DNA of 64,000 nt from Zygnema circumcarinatum SAG 698-1b (lineage: Eukaryota > Plantae > Zygnematophyceae), in the NCBI GenBank assembly GCA_037447605.1, contig CM074810.1, forward strand, positions 1,150,880-1,214,879. The letters are read 5' to 3'. Made by a program: the position numbers and the translations under genes. This document shows, piece by piece, positions 10,212 through 22,260 of this stretch (within the stretch, counting starts at the first letter, position 1; each line of letters begins with the position of its first letter). Under the pieces are notes generated by a model that had not been told where the DNA came from, ran no database searches, and saw only the letters and a program-made list of their open reading frames with translations.

Positions 10212-13200
10212 ATGTCAGCGCAGCAGACTGGAAGTGGTGAACTCCCCATTTTGATTCCTATTGTCCTGCTTGCATGTCTCACTGGATGTCATCTGGATCA
10301 TGTCATCATGCATGTCAGAGACATGAAAATTAAACCTCAAATATTTTTAACACTGGGCGTCTTGACTGTTGATGGTGTGAATGTTATGGAATTCGAACAG
10401 CAATTGCCTCAAGACGAATCACATACAACGGGTGCTGAGAAAGATTTGAGCTTAGCGAAGATCAAGCGGCAGCTTGCGCCACCTGCAGGAAGTGTGCCCA
10501 TGCAGGGCTATCTACTGAAGCGCTCTGAAACTGTACTTCACCTCCTACAACTTCTCATTTTTAGATAGGCCATAAAGTTTTGCCTTAAGTGAAAGAAAGA
10601 GTGAAAGAAAGAGAAAGGAAGAAAGAAAGAAAAAAAGAAAGAAAAAAATGAAAGAGATTGCCGATTTTGGTAGATCCACGAAATCCTGCTCCTGTGTAGC
10701 AGATTTGCAATGCCAGCTTTAGGGGGGTCCTGGTTTTATTCGGCTTTCTTGTCCACCATTATTTGAATTGACCAAGTTTCGGTAGTTCCTATTAAGATTT
10801 GGAGAAATCTGTTGTGCCTTGAGTAAACCCGCTGCTTCATTATCTTTGTTGGTTTAGTGTAGATATAAGTTTCACGTTGTTGAGCTTTACATACGTGTGC
10901 CATCCTTGCAGTTGAGAAAATGGAACCAACGCTGGTTCACGCTTGATCCCTCCACTGCGAAAATGGAGTACAGGTAGGCTTCATATCAATTGTTGAATTG
11001 TCCTTTTCGTGTTCTTGAACTTGTTTTGCTCCTCTGTATAAAATCTTCCTTTTCTATCCTTAACATGAGGGATTTTCCAAGGAGCCACGAGTGTCAGTGC
11101 CCAAGAATGCTTACAATTAACCCTTTCTCAATGGACAGAGTGCAGCGCGGCGATCCTTTTCCTCGAGGGCTGCTCGTCTTTGAAGCTGGCAGCACCATCA
11201 CCGTTTCTCCCCTCAATTTCCAGTATGATAGCAAACATCACTTACCTTGTTACTTCGCTTGCAGTTAGTTGTGGCTGCAAATTGATGGACTTCAACTGCA
11301 GTTGACAATGCTACTTTTAGTGCGCTCCCTTGAATGGTGTTGACCATCGCGAATTCTTTTGCTTATTCAGAATCTGTAGAAAATATGAAACTAAACCTTT
11401 TCCTTGGCCATTTCATATGCTGTTCACGCATACGGATCAGTGTATGTCGCTTGTTTCAGTTGTCGCACAGATGCCTGCTTTGAGTATAATATGAATGCTT
11501 CGCAAGTTCGAAGTCTTTATCTCTTATTGTTGTGTACTGATGTGTTTTCTGTTTTTTGAATTATTTTGCAGTGGCGCAAAGCAATACGAAGGCTGCTGTT
11601 TTTGTATCCTCTTTCCTTTCTGGTCATGAGTGGGTGGTCGCAAAGATGAGGATCTTCTGAATCACATCTTCTGTGGCTCGTTTTCACCCGCAAAAAGTTT
11701 GCAAAGTGATAAGGAAGATTATAGCTGGCTAGCAGATGAGGACTTGTGGTTATGAGAAACAATGATCGTTTTGTAGGGTGATTCCATCCTTACTTGGCTT
11801 TTAACAGGACTTCAAATGTCAATGGAGTACAGAGATGTCAACTTTACAGATGGTGATGTCTTGTTCTTGCGTGCATTTTCCCAGAAGAAATGGGCTATGC
11901 TGTTTACCGTTCTAGAGCAATTCTCCTTTACCAAAAAATCTGCAGATATTGGCGGAGCATCCCGGAAAGAATACTTTTTGTGTGCGGAAACTCCAGGAGC
12001 TGCAAGGGCTTGGGTAGCCACCTTAAGGTGGGTGGGAAAGTTGCTTAGGCTATAGGCTGTCATTAGCATGCAATATTTATCAGAAATTCATATAATCAAT
12101 CATACATACAATCAATCACATGATTTTCGTTTTGCTTACACCTGCTGCACTTGATCATTCGAAATCATGTAGGAGGCCCGCCGAACACTTTTGACCACCA
12201 GAATGGCAGATAAGTTGGTTCATAGGGTCTCCGTAACTGCAACTTGAACAAGGCTATTAATATATGTTTGTATCCTATTGCCTTATACGAATGTGCTAGA
12301 GGCGAAGAAGAGAAAAACCATTATCTGCGGAAATGGCGAGACATCTGAAGTTGATAAAGGCTTTCCTCTCGTCCTTGCAGAGCTGCTGCCCTTGTGTTGA
12401 AGGCACATCGTGAAGCAGTTGCTTCTATTGGCGTGAGCAATGGAGGAATTAGGTCAAATTCAGGGGCTGTAGCAGCGGCAGCAGCTATGGCCAATGCGAC
12501 TGCAAGAGAAGCAGCCAAAGAGGTGGCGGTGGCCAATCAGAGATCTGTCCTTGGTCAACACCACCTGTCATTTGACTCCGCTGAACCTGCAATGGATAAT
12601 GTTTCGATCATGAAAGTGAGTGATGGGGCATGATGGAGGGTCAAAACAGGATGAAATAGGCTGGAGTTGGAAGGGTTGAGATAAAGCCTTTGTTTCTTTC
12701 TTTTCACTGCTCGGGTTCAGGGCATCACTCGTAGTGTGCTTGGAATGTGGAAAGCAGGTATAAGTTGTTTCAATGGAGCTGCTTTCTGGTCAGGAAAATG
12801 GAGTACGGTTAAACTGAATTTCTATTTTAATATGATGTCCCTTTAAGCCTGAAGGCTTGCTGTACATTTGCAGGAGACATTGAGAGTGAAGGATGAGGAG
12901 CTCCGTCAAATGGCGGTTGATTTGAGGATGAGAGAGGCGACCATTAACGAGCTTGCCAATAGGCTTTCTGAAACTGCTCAGGCAGCTGAATCAGCTGCAG
13001 AATCAGCACAGGCAATTGATAAACAGAGGATAGCAGCAAGAGCAGAAGTGGACAAAGTGCGGAAAGACATGGAGGACAAGTTGGAGAAAGCAGCCAACCA
13101 TGTGAAGGCCGCTCAGGAGAGAGAAGCACAAGCTTTAGCCATGAGAAATGAGGTGCTGTTGGAATTCGAGAGGGTACAAGAGAAGCTTAAGCTGGCTATC

Positions 13201-14309
13201 AATCAGATAACCGAGCTTCAAGCTGTTGCAGCTAAAGCTGAACTTCGCTCTCGCGAATGTGAAACTCGGGAACGGCAGGCTGAAGCAGCCAAAGAGGCAG
13301 CGTTTCAGGATGCATGCAGATGGCAGCTTATAGCTACAAGGTGGGTAGTTAAGAGCTGTTTTCTAGAATGTCATGCCAAGGTACTATGCATGTAGGTGAA
13401 GCGCCCTAGTATCTCACTTGTGATTCCTTTCCATAGGTCTGGTCTCTTGCCTTGGCCTGCTTGAGGTTGTGGAAATGGAGCAGGGATAACTCAGTAAGCT
13501 ACTTTTGTTTACTGTGTGCATAGAGATTATGCAGAATCTTCTGCTTTAGCTAAAAGTTGGGTCTATAGCATAGAAAGTCTGTGTTCCTTATATGTTCCTT
13601 TCATAGCTGCTTCAGTTCGAGGTGGCGGGATCGAACATCGTCAATCTTGCAATAAATTTCTTCATACTACCCATGTCTAGGCAGCGTTGTGATGAGTCGT
13701 CAGCTGCAGTGTGTCCCTAGCTTATCATGTGAGGGTCTCCTCTTTTGCAGGCTGGCAGGTGGCAACCAAGAAAGTATCAGACAGGAAGGGAAGTACGGAA
13801 ACGGAGACTCCTCAACTCTGGGCACTTTACAAGGTGTATCTGGCATAGAATCAGGTCCAAGAACATCTGTTGGCCCCGCAATACAAAGCTCTGCCTTAGA
13901 AACTCTCTCCTTATTATCTTCTCAGTCAGGGCAAGGTTTGGCACATAGCAATGTGCCTTTGGAGCAGCTAATCGACTTCGGGTCAGTATCCGCTTCTCCT
14001 TTGAGTCAACCAAACACATCAGAAAGCTCTCCAGCCGCCATACATGCGGATTTGGTGAAGCTTTCTCCTTCTTTCTCGGCTCTTGAGGCACTTGTAGCAA
14101 CTGATAAGGCTCTAGGTGAGAGCTTATCTCACGGGGTCCCCCAAGGAGCCCCCCAAGGTCCCCCTGCTAGGGACCTCCTCTCAGGAGAGGAAACAGGAGC
14201 TGCTGTGGGGACGAACGTTCACATTGAAACGGAGCCGCATGCAATATCGTCCAATTTATTGGTGGAACAGGGGACGCAGCCGTCTTCAGGGGCAGCAGGC
14301 CAAGGTTAG
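10212..14309 (+). CDS. SWAP70: Pleckstrin-homology plus coiled-coil protein (At2g30880/SWAP70-like), multi-exon; start codon uncertain (10212 or about 10390)
   Basis: Exons encode SLAKIKRQL...QGYLLKRSET|LRKWNQRWFTLDPSTAKMEY|...STITVSPLNF|KEYFLCAETPGAARAWVATL|VLKAHREAV|ETLRVKDEEL, collinear with the plant PH protein At2g30880. Last exon ends at TAG 14309; likely non-coding first exon about 9700-9809. Confidence 0.85.
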
Positions 14310-14984
14310 GAAGGGGGTGAAGCCATGGGAGGAGGCTTGTGGTGGAAGGGGAGGGAGGGAGGTATGACTCTGGGTGTTTTTCCTGATGTAAAAGCTTTTT
14401 ATGTTTAATATTATGAAATGAATGGCAATGTATCGAAATGAACTGAAGGTGGATGCAGATTTTAAGTGTGTACATAGCGTTATGCTTCCAGCCAATTAGG
14501 AATTGCTGCCCCCTGCGAATGCTGAGCTGAGCTAGCCGTTAAGTTTTAGCGAATTTTCGGTCAAGTTGGCATCAGATGTTGGGATGTGGTCGAGCAGTTT
14601 CCCATGACACTGGACAGCACAGCATAGGCTCGACAAGATATCAAGATGCAGAAGTGAGGAACTGGCGGAGTCAACCTTCCGACACGGTGAAACAAAACGA
14701 CTCAAGCTTTCCATATTCTTTCATGTCTATTCTCTTGAGAAGATTTCTCTCTTGTAAAACACAAGAAGTAATTGACAAAAAATATTGGAAACTGATAAAT
14801 CCACACCTTTTTTGGGTCGATACACATCTTTTGGGCAGATTTTAGAATAGACAAAAAAGGATTAAAAAACTGAAAATGCTTTTCTCACACCTTTTTTGGA
14901 TCGATACACACCTTTTTCCCTCGGGCAGAATTTACCTTACAAAAAAAAGGGCAAAACCCTAAAAACCCATTTAAGTTCTAAAAA

Positions 14985-15390
14985 AAGCCCTTTTTTGGAT
15001 AAAAAATGTAAAATATTGCATTCACAGTGGCGATGTCATCATATGTAAATAACTCTTCTTCCCGGCTTAATGACACGGCTCTACAAACTAATGCAAACTT
15101 TTCAACTCTTATAAATTGGATTTTTTACCAATCAAGTAAAACATTTGCGCTTTTGACAATCACAACATCTAAGAACTCATTCAAAGACTCAGTTGTATCA
15201 AAGCCTTGTATAGCTCATCCAGAAGTCTCCATCTCCATTTCCATCCATCATGAATTATTCCAAATAACCTTCTAAGAATCCACCATAGTTTCTACAGGTC
15301 CTCACAAAAACCAAAATTCTAAATCTTAACCTCCAAAGGTTCGCGGTTTTAGTCACAGAGATAGACCAAAAAATACAAAAATTAAAATAA
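14985..15390 (+). repeat. AT-rich interspersed repeat, copy A (homologous to 44890-45300)
   Basis: Collinear blocks shared with the 44.9 kb copy: ACACGGCT, ACTCTTATA-ATTGG, TTTTACCAATCAA, CAATCACAACAT, TTTCCATCCATCAT, CCTCACAAAAAC, TAGTCACA. Confidence 0.75.
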
Positions 15391-15578
15391 AACAGATTTC
15401 TATATAATTTGCTGCAGTTGTTCACCTCTTTGAGTCAATTGGTTCTGCTTATACTTCATATTTAAAACTCTCATATTCTTGGGACATTTCGTGTTTGACT
15501 TCTACATGAGCTGTTTTCTCCCAAGTCAATTCCATAATAAATCTGATTTCCATCTTTCGTTGTTTAATCCCCGGTGGG

Positions 15579-15774
15579 GGGAGGGCTGCGCCGACTTCGG
15601 ATGCAGTGCAATACCGAAGCGACGCCGGAGGGCCCGACCAGCAAGCTGGCCTTTGGACCCTCCACCCTGAAAAATTAGGTTAATATCATGTGGTCCGATG
15701 GACCACGTATCAGATATTAAACTGATAAGAACAGATACTACACTTGATCTTAGCCAAAAGGCCGAGAAAGGTAT
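15579..15774 (-). ncRNA. U2: U2 spliceosomal snRNA
   Basis: Reverse complement begins ATACCTTTCTCGGCCTTTTGGCTAAGATCAAGTGTAGTATCTGTTCTTATCAGTTTAATATCTGATA (plant U2 5' end, branch-point helix GTGTAGTA), followed by a U-rich Sm-site region and stem-loop IV loop ATTGCAC. 3' end approximate. Confidence 0.98.
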
Positions 15775-15796
15775 ACCTCCACGTATGAAGACTCGT

Positions 15797-15844
15797 GAAT
15801 ATATTCACTTCTCAATTTAAATTCGCACGATTCATTGTGGGAGA
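15797..15844 (-). promoter_or_regulatory. Plant snRNA promoter: USE-like TCCCACAATG at about -70 to -60 and AT-rich TATA-like box at about -30
   Basis: Minus strand upstream of U2 reads TTTCTCCCACAATGAATC...GTGAATATATTCAC; spacing fits the plant Pol II snRNA USE (RTCCCACATCG) plus TATA architecture. Confidence 0.7.
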
Positions 15845-16345
15845 AATTTGAGCACGGAACAACACTGAATATTGTTATGCGGTTCGGCACAACTGCGCTT
15901 GTAAATGCGCGTTAACAGAGGCTTAGTCATATGCGTTTGGACCTTTGCCTTTGCCTTTCCTTTCTTTTCTTTGAACTGCTCAGTTGAATCTTGGGGATTT
16001 TTTATAGGTACCAAACACTGAAAACCACGCCAAAGGTGACAAAAACTCATTCCATTCAGTTCTGGAAAGGCAAAAAGAATCTTAATTGAAATTTCTGCAA
16101 ATACTTGCATGAAAACGAAAAGGAAGATTTTTTTTTGCTGGTGTGCTTGGAACCAAACTTCACTTAATAGTGTTTGCTAACATCAGTTACAGAAGGACTG
16201 ATTCAGCCCCTCCGACTAGTAACCACAATGACCTAAATTGGCATGAAATTTCTTTCCGCTGCACAACTAATAAAGTGCAACTCAAACGCCCGTCGTTCAC
16301 AGCCTAAACCTATGTCCAAGACCAGCTACCATTCCGTGCGTAGAA

Positions 16346-19300
16346 CTACTTCTGCCTCGTCCCTTTTCTACCTTTACCAGCCCCACCTTCTGTTTTGCGT
16401 TCACCTTTCTGATTCGCAGCAGAACCAATATCCCCTTCTCCGATGGGGTCAATCTGCTTCCTCTTCTTCTGCCCAGGAACTACCTCATTTCCGACTTCAT
16501 CAGCAGCTAATTTTCTTTCCGAAGCCACGCCCATCTCCTTCGCCTCCTCCTCCTTGTTCTGCTTCTGCTTCTTCTTTCTCACTTTCTTCGCATCTTTCAA
16601 TTCATCTCTTCCAACGTTCCCATCGTCCTCCATGCCTTGAACTCTCGCCTCACTTACTGAAACCGTTTTTGGCTCTGCGCGACCCCTCTTCTCATCTCCG
16701 TCTTCTTTCTCAGTATCCAATGCCTCCTTTTTCTTCTTCTTCCGTTTTCCAGCCCCCGATTCACCCCCTTCCCTGTTATCAACATGAACGTCCCCTTCAT
16801 TTGTCGACTTGTTAATAACGTTTTCCTTCTGCAATGCGCCCTCCTCTTCCCTTTCTCTCTTCCTTTTCATCTCTTTCCTCTTCTTCTCCAGTCCTCCTAC
16901 CTCCTTCCCCGTCCCTGCATGCCTACCTCTCGACTCCGCAGCATCACCTCCATTTCCCTCGCTACCTTTAAGTACCCTCTCTCCCTCTGTCTCCTTCTCC
17001 CGCTTCCCAGGCAACTCTCTTTCCTCGCTGCTTTTCTGTTGCTCCACTTTCCCGTTCCGTTGCTCCTGTTGTTGATGACTCAATTTACTTCTCTTCCCAT
17101 TTTCATCTTTATCCTGCACAGGAATCACAGTCCAACCTTAAGCCTTCCAAATTGCCTTAAATCGAGCTAAAAAATTTCATCATGCCTTCACTACTCCCAT
17201 ACTCCCTTAAGTACACGAACGGAAGTTCATCTTTCTGCCCTTTTTATCCCCGCAATCCCAGCACTTATGAGGTCTACGATCAAACAAACCATTTATGCTT
17301 TCCAGATAAACAAACCCTCTTCAACTTGTTCACCTTTGTTTGATCAAAGCGCTCTACAGAAAACGAGCAGATGCATAGTGTGACTCCAAAGAAAAGTAGC
17401 CCAGGTAACTGACATGATTCGATGTTCACTACATTTTTTATACATAAACATACTTAACACTGCAAGTAACAAAGGTGATATGATTCAATAGTTCTCTGAC
17501 AAATGTGAGTTCCCCAAAAGCGGTCCTTTGTCTCCAACGTGGTTATCTTCTGTTTCCAGAAATGCACGAAAGACTGCTTCAAACTGTTCCTTTAAAGGGA
17601 GAACTGCTATTGCATCTTATGGCTCACCTTCTCTCCTTCCCTCTTTTCCCTCTTTTTCCCTCGTAGTGATGGCTCGCCTGCTTCTTCACGAGGAGGCTGA
17701 GAGATATGTACGGCTGAGTCCTCTGTCATGCGGAAGTGACAGAAAATGAGGTCTAGATAATAGCCCGTCGTTAAACCAGGCAAGCCATTATGGTGACAAA
17801 CTTCAAGAGGTCATTAAAAGACCGAGATTTCTGAATGGGGTTCCTCAATGCTCTATGCACAGAAGCAGGAAGGGAGCAGTCACTGTGCAAGTAACTGACC
17901 CAAAAAAGGTATCTGTAGGACACTGCTAATAACAAGATTACACCAAGCGCCCATTCTGCACTATTCAATGCCATGTACGTCCATTGGCATAATAGAAACC
18001 GTATGTCACCTTTCAGCTGCGGTCTCGAAAGCTTCGGCCCAAAACTGAACAGGCGAATGCCGCCTACTGAAGGCTCCTCCTTATCTGCGTCTCCATTTGC
18101 AGCAACTTTGCCGGAGACTTTCAGAACATCTGCCGACTCCAAAGATCGCTGCTTCTTTCGTTTCTTCTTCACTGTGAGCCCATTGTCAGGGGCAGTCACC
18201 TCCTCCGGCTGTTCTCTGCTACCCCCTGGCAGAGACTTTGTATTCTCCCCGTCCTCTAAGGAATCATACTCTAACAGAGAGCCAAACGTTTCATCCAGGT
18301 GCCGGTGTAGCATATCTTGGGTCTGAGCAGGTCAGCAAAGCAAGAAGAGAAGTTGCTCAAAGGAGGACTTCATAGCTACAACAATCAGTGTCTCAAATGT
18401 AAGTGTGTTGCCTCGTTCTTGAAGAAACTCAAGGCTCCACTTCAATAAACTACTGGGTCCCAGTTAAATGGTCGGAAACTGCCACTGAATGGCTATGCCA
18501 AAGAGCAAATGGGTCTTGACGACAATCTCTAAATAAAGGTAACAGCTTCTCACCCGTATCTGGTAGTGAGCAAGTTCTGGGTCCTCATCGCTGCTGTCTC
18601 CGAGTCTCCTTTTTGATTTGGTGGTTGACTTGGATGCTCCACGGATCTTCCTTTTCCTGCTACGCCCATAAACACAGTCAGCTTGAAAATCTCCAAAGAT
18701 GCTGTGGAAGACGATTGCGAGTGACCACAAGACCCCAAGGTTGCAAGTGGCTCTTAAGAATAAAATGCAGAACACAAGCTTCAAAGCAAGCAAGCTGCAA
18801 TGGAGTCGCAAATTGCAAAAAAAATCCACACTATAGTATAACTATCCACTATATCCACTACACACAGACACAGACTTAAGATAGAAATAGAAAAACCTCC
18901 AGCTCTAATAGGGCATTGCAAAGTGCTTAGAGAACAAAATAGTGAACTGAGAGAGGGCAATGAAGTTGAATTCAACAGCTTGATCTACTGTCACGGCTAT
19001 TGATATGACGAGCGAACCTCCTCAGATGCAGATATTTCGTAGGTGGGGCCTAATAACAATAAACAGAACTGGACCATTTACGTAACTAGAAACCCGTTTG
19101 CCAAAAAGTAAATGTCATTTCATGAAAGAGCAATAATGTGAATGATGCCCCATAATTCACTCTAAAAAGAAGAAAGGGTTTTCTGCAGTGCAACCTTGGT
19201 TCAATGCTTGTGGACCTGTGCATTGAAATGTGACAAAACACCCCCCCCAGCTTCTTGGGAGCCAATCATCGGCTGCCAACCAGCTCCAAGTGGACCTGTG

Positions 19301-19838
19301 ACCTTGACAATACCTACATGAAAGGAGCTCCTGGTAAGGTCAAATTAACCTGCTCTACAACGACCGCGCACATCTCGAATGAAGCATTCTTCAAGCAAAA
19401 GAGAACCTCTCACCTTTTGGCCGAGTCGACAGCCCCCTGCATTACGGTTTCGGAATCGACAACCACTGAACGCAGCGCTGCCATCAGGGCCGCATCATCT
19501 TCAGAGGTGGAAGCAGACATTTTCTTCCTCCGCTTGTACAGGTGAACTCCCAAACTCTTCGTATCCTCTGCAAGAGGATCCTCACCGGAGGCTGCCTTCT
19601 CCAAGCTCAGTTTCTTCAGCTTGCTCGGCCTCACCTTCCCCCTGAGGTGCCCCTTCGCAGAGACCTTAAAAACGCCTCGTGGCGTAGCCACAGCTTTGTC
19701 TCCCGTCACCTTCTTCCGAGATGCTGCTGCCAGCTCCCTAGCAGCCTCCTTCTTCTCCTGCAAGGCCGTCTTGGCGCGGCTCTGCCGCACCTTCTCCCGC
19801 TGCTTGCGGAACTTGCCGCTTTTGCGCCGAGCAGCCAT
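16346..19838 (-). CDS. Lys/Glu-rich, probably nuclear/nucleolar protein, at least 5 exons; weak resemblance to CUSTOS-type motifs
   Basis: ORF segments 19838-19411, about 19314-19244, about 18682-18554, about 18330-18005, 17128-16346 flanked by GT/AG; several basic NLS-like runs; central DSSDEDPELAHYQIR|TQDMLHRHLD and GGIRLFSFGP. The 3' exon joins were not fully resolved. Confidence 0.65.
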
Positions 19839-20397
19839 GGCTGCGGCTCTGCAGGAGAGGCGCAGGAGAGGAGGGAGAGGCCGCCCCGCGCACGGCCATG
19901 GCGACCATTGCCCTCTGGAGACGCCCTTTCTCCTTGCAGGGCTCAGATGGAGCCATGGTGCCAGCCACCCTCGATATGCATATCGCAGCCGATATATCGG
20001 ACATTTCAATATTAAGGTATATCTCAATATACCAGGAGCGATATATTGAGGTATTTACGATATCGTACAGCGGTTTTGGGACACTGTACGGACAACGAGC
20101 CTTCTTGGAAACTTCTTGAGCTTCCCCCTCCCTGGAAGGCAACTCAACCTCCGGCTTTACAGTTGCAGACTTCGCCTGAAGTGGGAGAGAGAGAGAGCGA
20201 GAGAGAGAGGTGAATGGGAGGGAGGGAGGGAGGGAGGCTTCTTTAAGGACAGTTTCCCATAAGGCTGTCCAGGAGGCCTTTTTTTTGTCAGTCATTTTTG
20301 GGAGCAAAAGTAGCAAGTCTTCTGAAGGAAAAGGAAGTGGCATTGATCTCATTGGTCTTCTGAAGGTCTTGCTCGTTTTTTAGCGTCGAGGAACAAA

Positions 20398-22260
20398 ATG
20401 AGTGAGATGTTTGAAAATTATGAGCGGCAGTATTGTGAGCTGTCCACTAGCCTCTCCAGGAAGAGCGCGAATGTGGCCGTCTTGAACGGAGGTAAGAGAT
20501 GCCTCCTCGTGGCCTGACTGAGAGGGATTGGGAGTAGGAGGCAGGGAAATGTGGAGGTGAAAGGGCATTCAAGAACTGGGGAAGGGTTGGAGTGGGATTA
20601 GTGTGAAGGGACAAACATGATAACACTTTCATTTGTATTACTCTCTCAGAGTATGCATGTGTTGAGTTCAAAAAATTGTAACTGGACTTGCTGGTGTACA
20701 GAGCAAAAGAAGCAGAAAATACAAGATCTGAAAAAAGGCTTGGAGGAGGCCGAATCACTGGTAAGGCAATCTCATACCGTCTTTGAAGATGCTAAGTCAA
20801 AGTCGTATAATCGTATGTGATAGAGGAAATGAATATTCTAATGCCTGTGTCTGCAAAAACTACACAGTTCCAAGGTTTTTGTTCTACAGTGACTGTCACC
20901 GAACTTGCATTTCCCTTCGCAAGAGTTTGGCCTTCAAAGCTTCGAATTCTTTTGGGTGGCTTTAGCTGAAATAAGGGGAGTGAACTTTTTCACTCGTCAT
21001 ATTCAGCTTTACTATCGTTTGAAATGGAACTGGTTTCGAGGCAGGTCGTAGAGACTTATTGCCCTCTCTAGTTGAAAGGTTCTAGTCCCTACTGTTACAA
21101 ACGTAGGGAACACGTAAGTCTTTTGTCCAACTTAGGGAGCATACGGCATCTCTATTCTGGATGAGGCAGACTGTTAATGGAAAAGGTGATGGTTAGACGG
21201 AGAACTAAGGGCTGGTATGTGACTTTCTGTTGCGTAGATTCGTCGCATGGACTTAGAGGCCAGAAACTTGCCTCCTTCACAAAAAGCTACTCTTCTTGGC
21301 AAGCTTCGGGAGTATAAAGCGGACTTGAACAATCTCAAGCGGGAAGTCAAAAAGTCATCCGCAGACGGCACAGCAGAGCGAGATGAGCTGCTGGAATCAG
21401 GTCTTGGTACGGAACTCACGGTAAGTTGAATTGCAACAAGATTGTGGTGCAGGCAATAAGATAGGTGATGTTGATGTTATGAAACATCTCTTCCTGCAGA
21501 TGACCGTGTAAGCCAGTTTGATCAATGTATTTATTGTTTGCATGTCATTTTATCATAATACTTGTGCATTCGCAAATTGCACAATCTGTTTCTTTTTATT
21601 GCTGTCGAAAGGTGTGGCCTCGTAGTTATTGAATTGCAAATTGGTTTGAAATGCTTGTGCAGACTTCAGCAGACCAAAGGACAAGGCTGTTGGCGAATAC
21701 ATCGCGATTGAATGACTCAGGTGACCGCATTCGAGATGGCCGGCGTGCCCTTCTGGAGACTGAGGAGCTTGGGGTGTCCATCTTGCAAGATCTGCATCAG
21801 CAACGGCAAACTCTTCTGCATGCCAGAGAATCGGTATGTTCCAGTTTACTTAAAGAAGAAGCATGGGGAGGGCAACTTTCAGTGGCCAAACATCATGCTC
21901 ACCCTGAAATTCCTCGAATCATAAGATGAGAAGAGGCCATGAATGTTTCGGTGCTCAAATGACATGCATGGGAAGGGGGAAACTGCCATGTTCTTCAGTG
22001 CGATATGATTTTGCTACCTAACTTCTGTTTGTCTACATTGATTGTCCTCGAACCGTTCAATAATGGGTTGTTGCTTTGGAAATTGGTGGCTCCTGCAGCT
22101 GCATGGTGTTGACGAGAATATTGGGAAAAGCCGACAAATTCTGAACTCCATGGTTCGACACATCAATCGAAACAGGTGGATTTTGGCCGGCATTATAGTG
22201 ATCCTGCTGCTGGCAATAGGCTTGGTGCTGTATGCAAAGCTGGGGGGTCGGAGATCATAA
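20398..22260 (+). CDS. VTI1: Vesicle transport Qb-SNARE VTI1; exons 20398-20491, 20702-20761, about 21238-21420, 21663-about 21833, about 22099-22260
   Basis: MSEMFENYERQYCELS...IRRMDLEAR-LPPSQKA-LL-KLREYKADLNNLKREVK...DQRTRLL...ETEELGVSILQDLHQQRQTLLHAR|LHGVDENIGKSRQIL, then a C-terminal transmembrane helix; canonical plant VTI1. Confidence 0.96.

Noticed and set aside
16243-17170. Long plus-strand ORFs rich in S/F/L/P here, and similar ones at 59046-59555 (-) and 60494-61242 (+)
   Set aside because: Antisense shadows of purine-rich low-complexity exons on the opposite strand.
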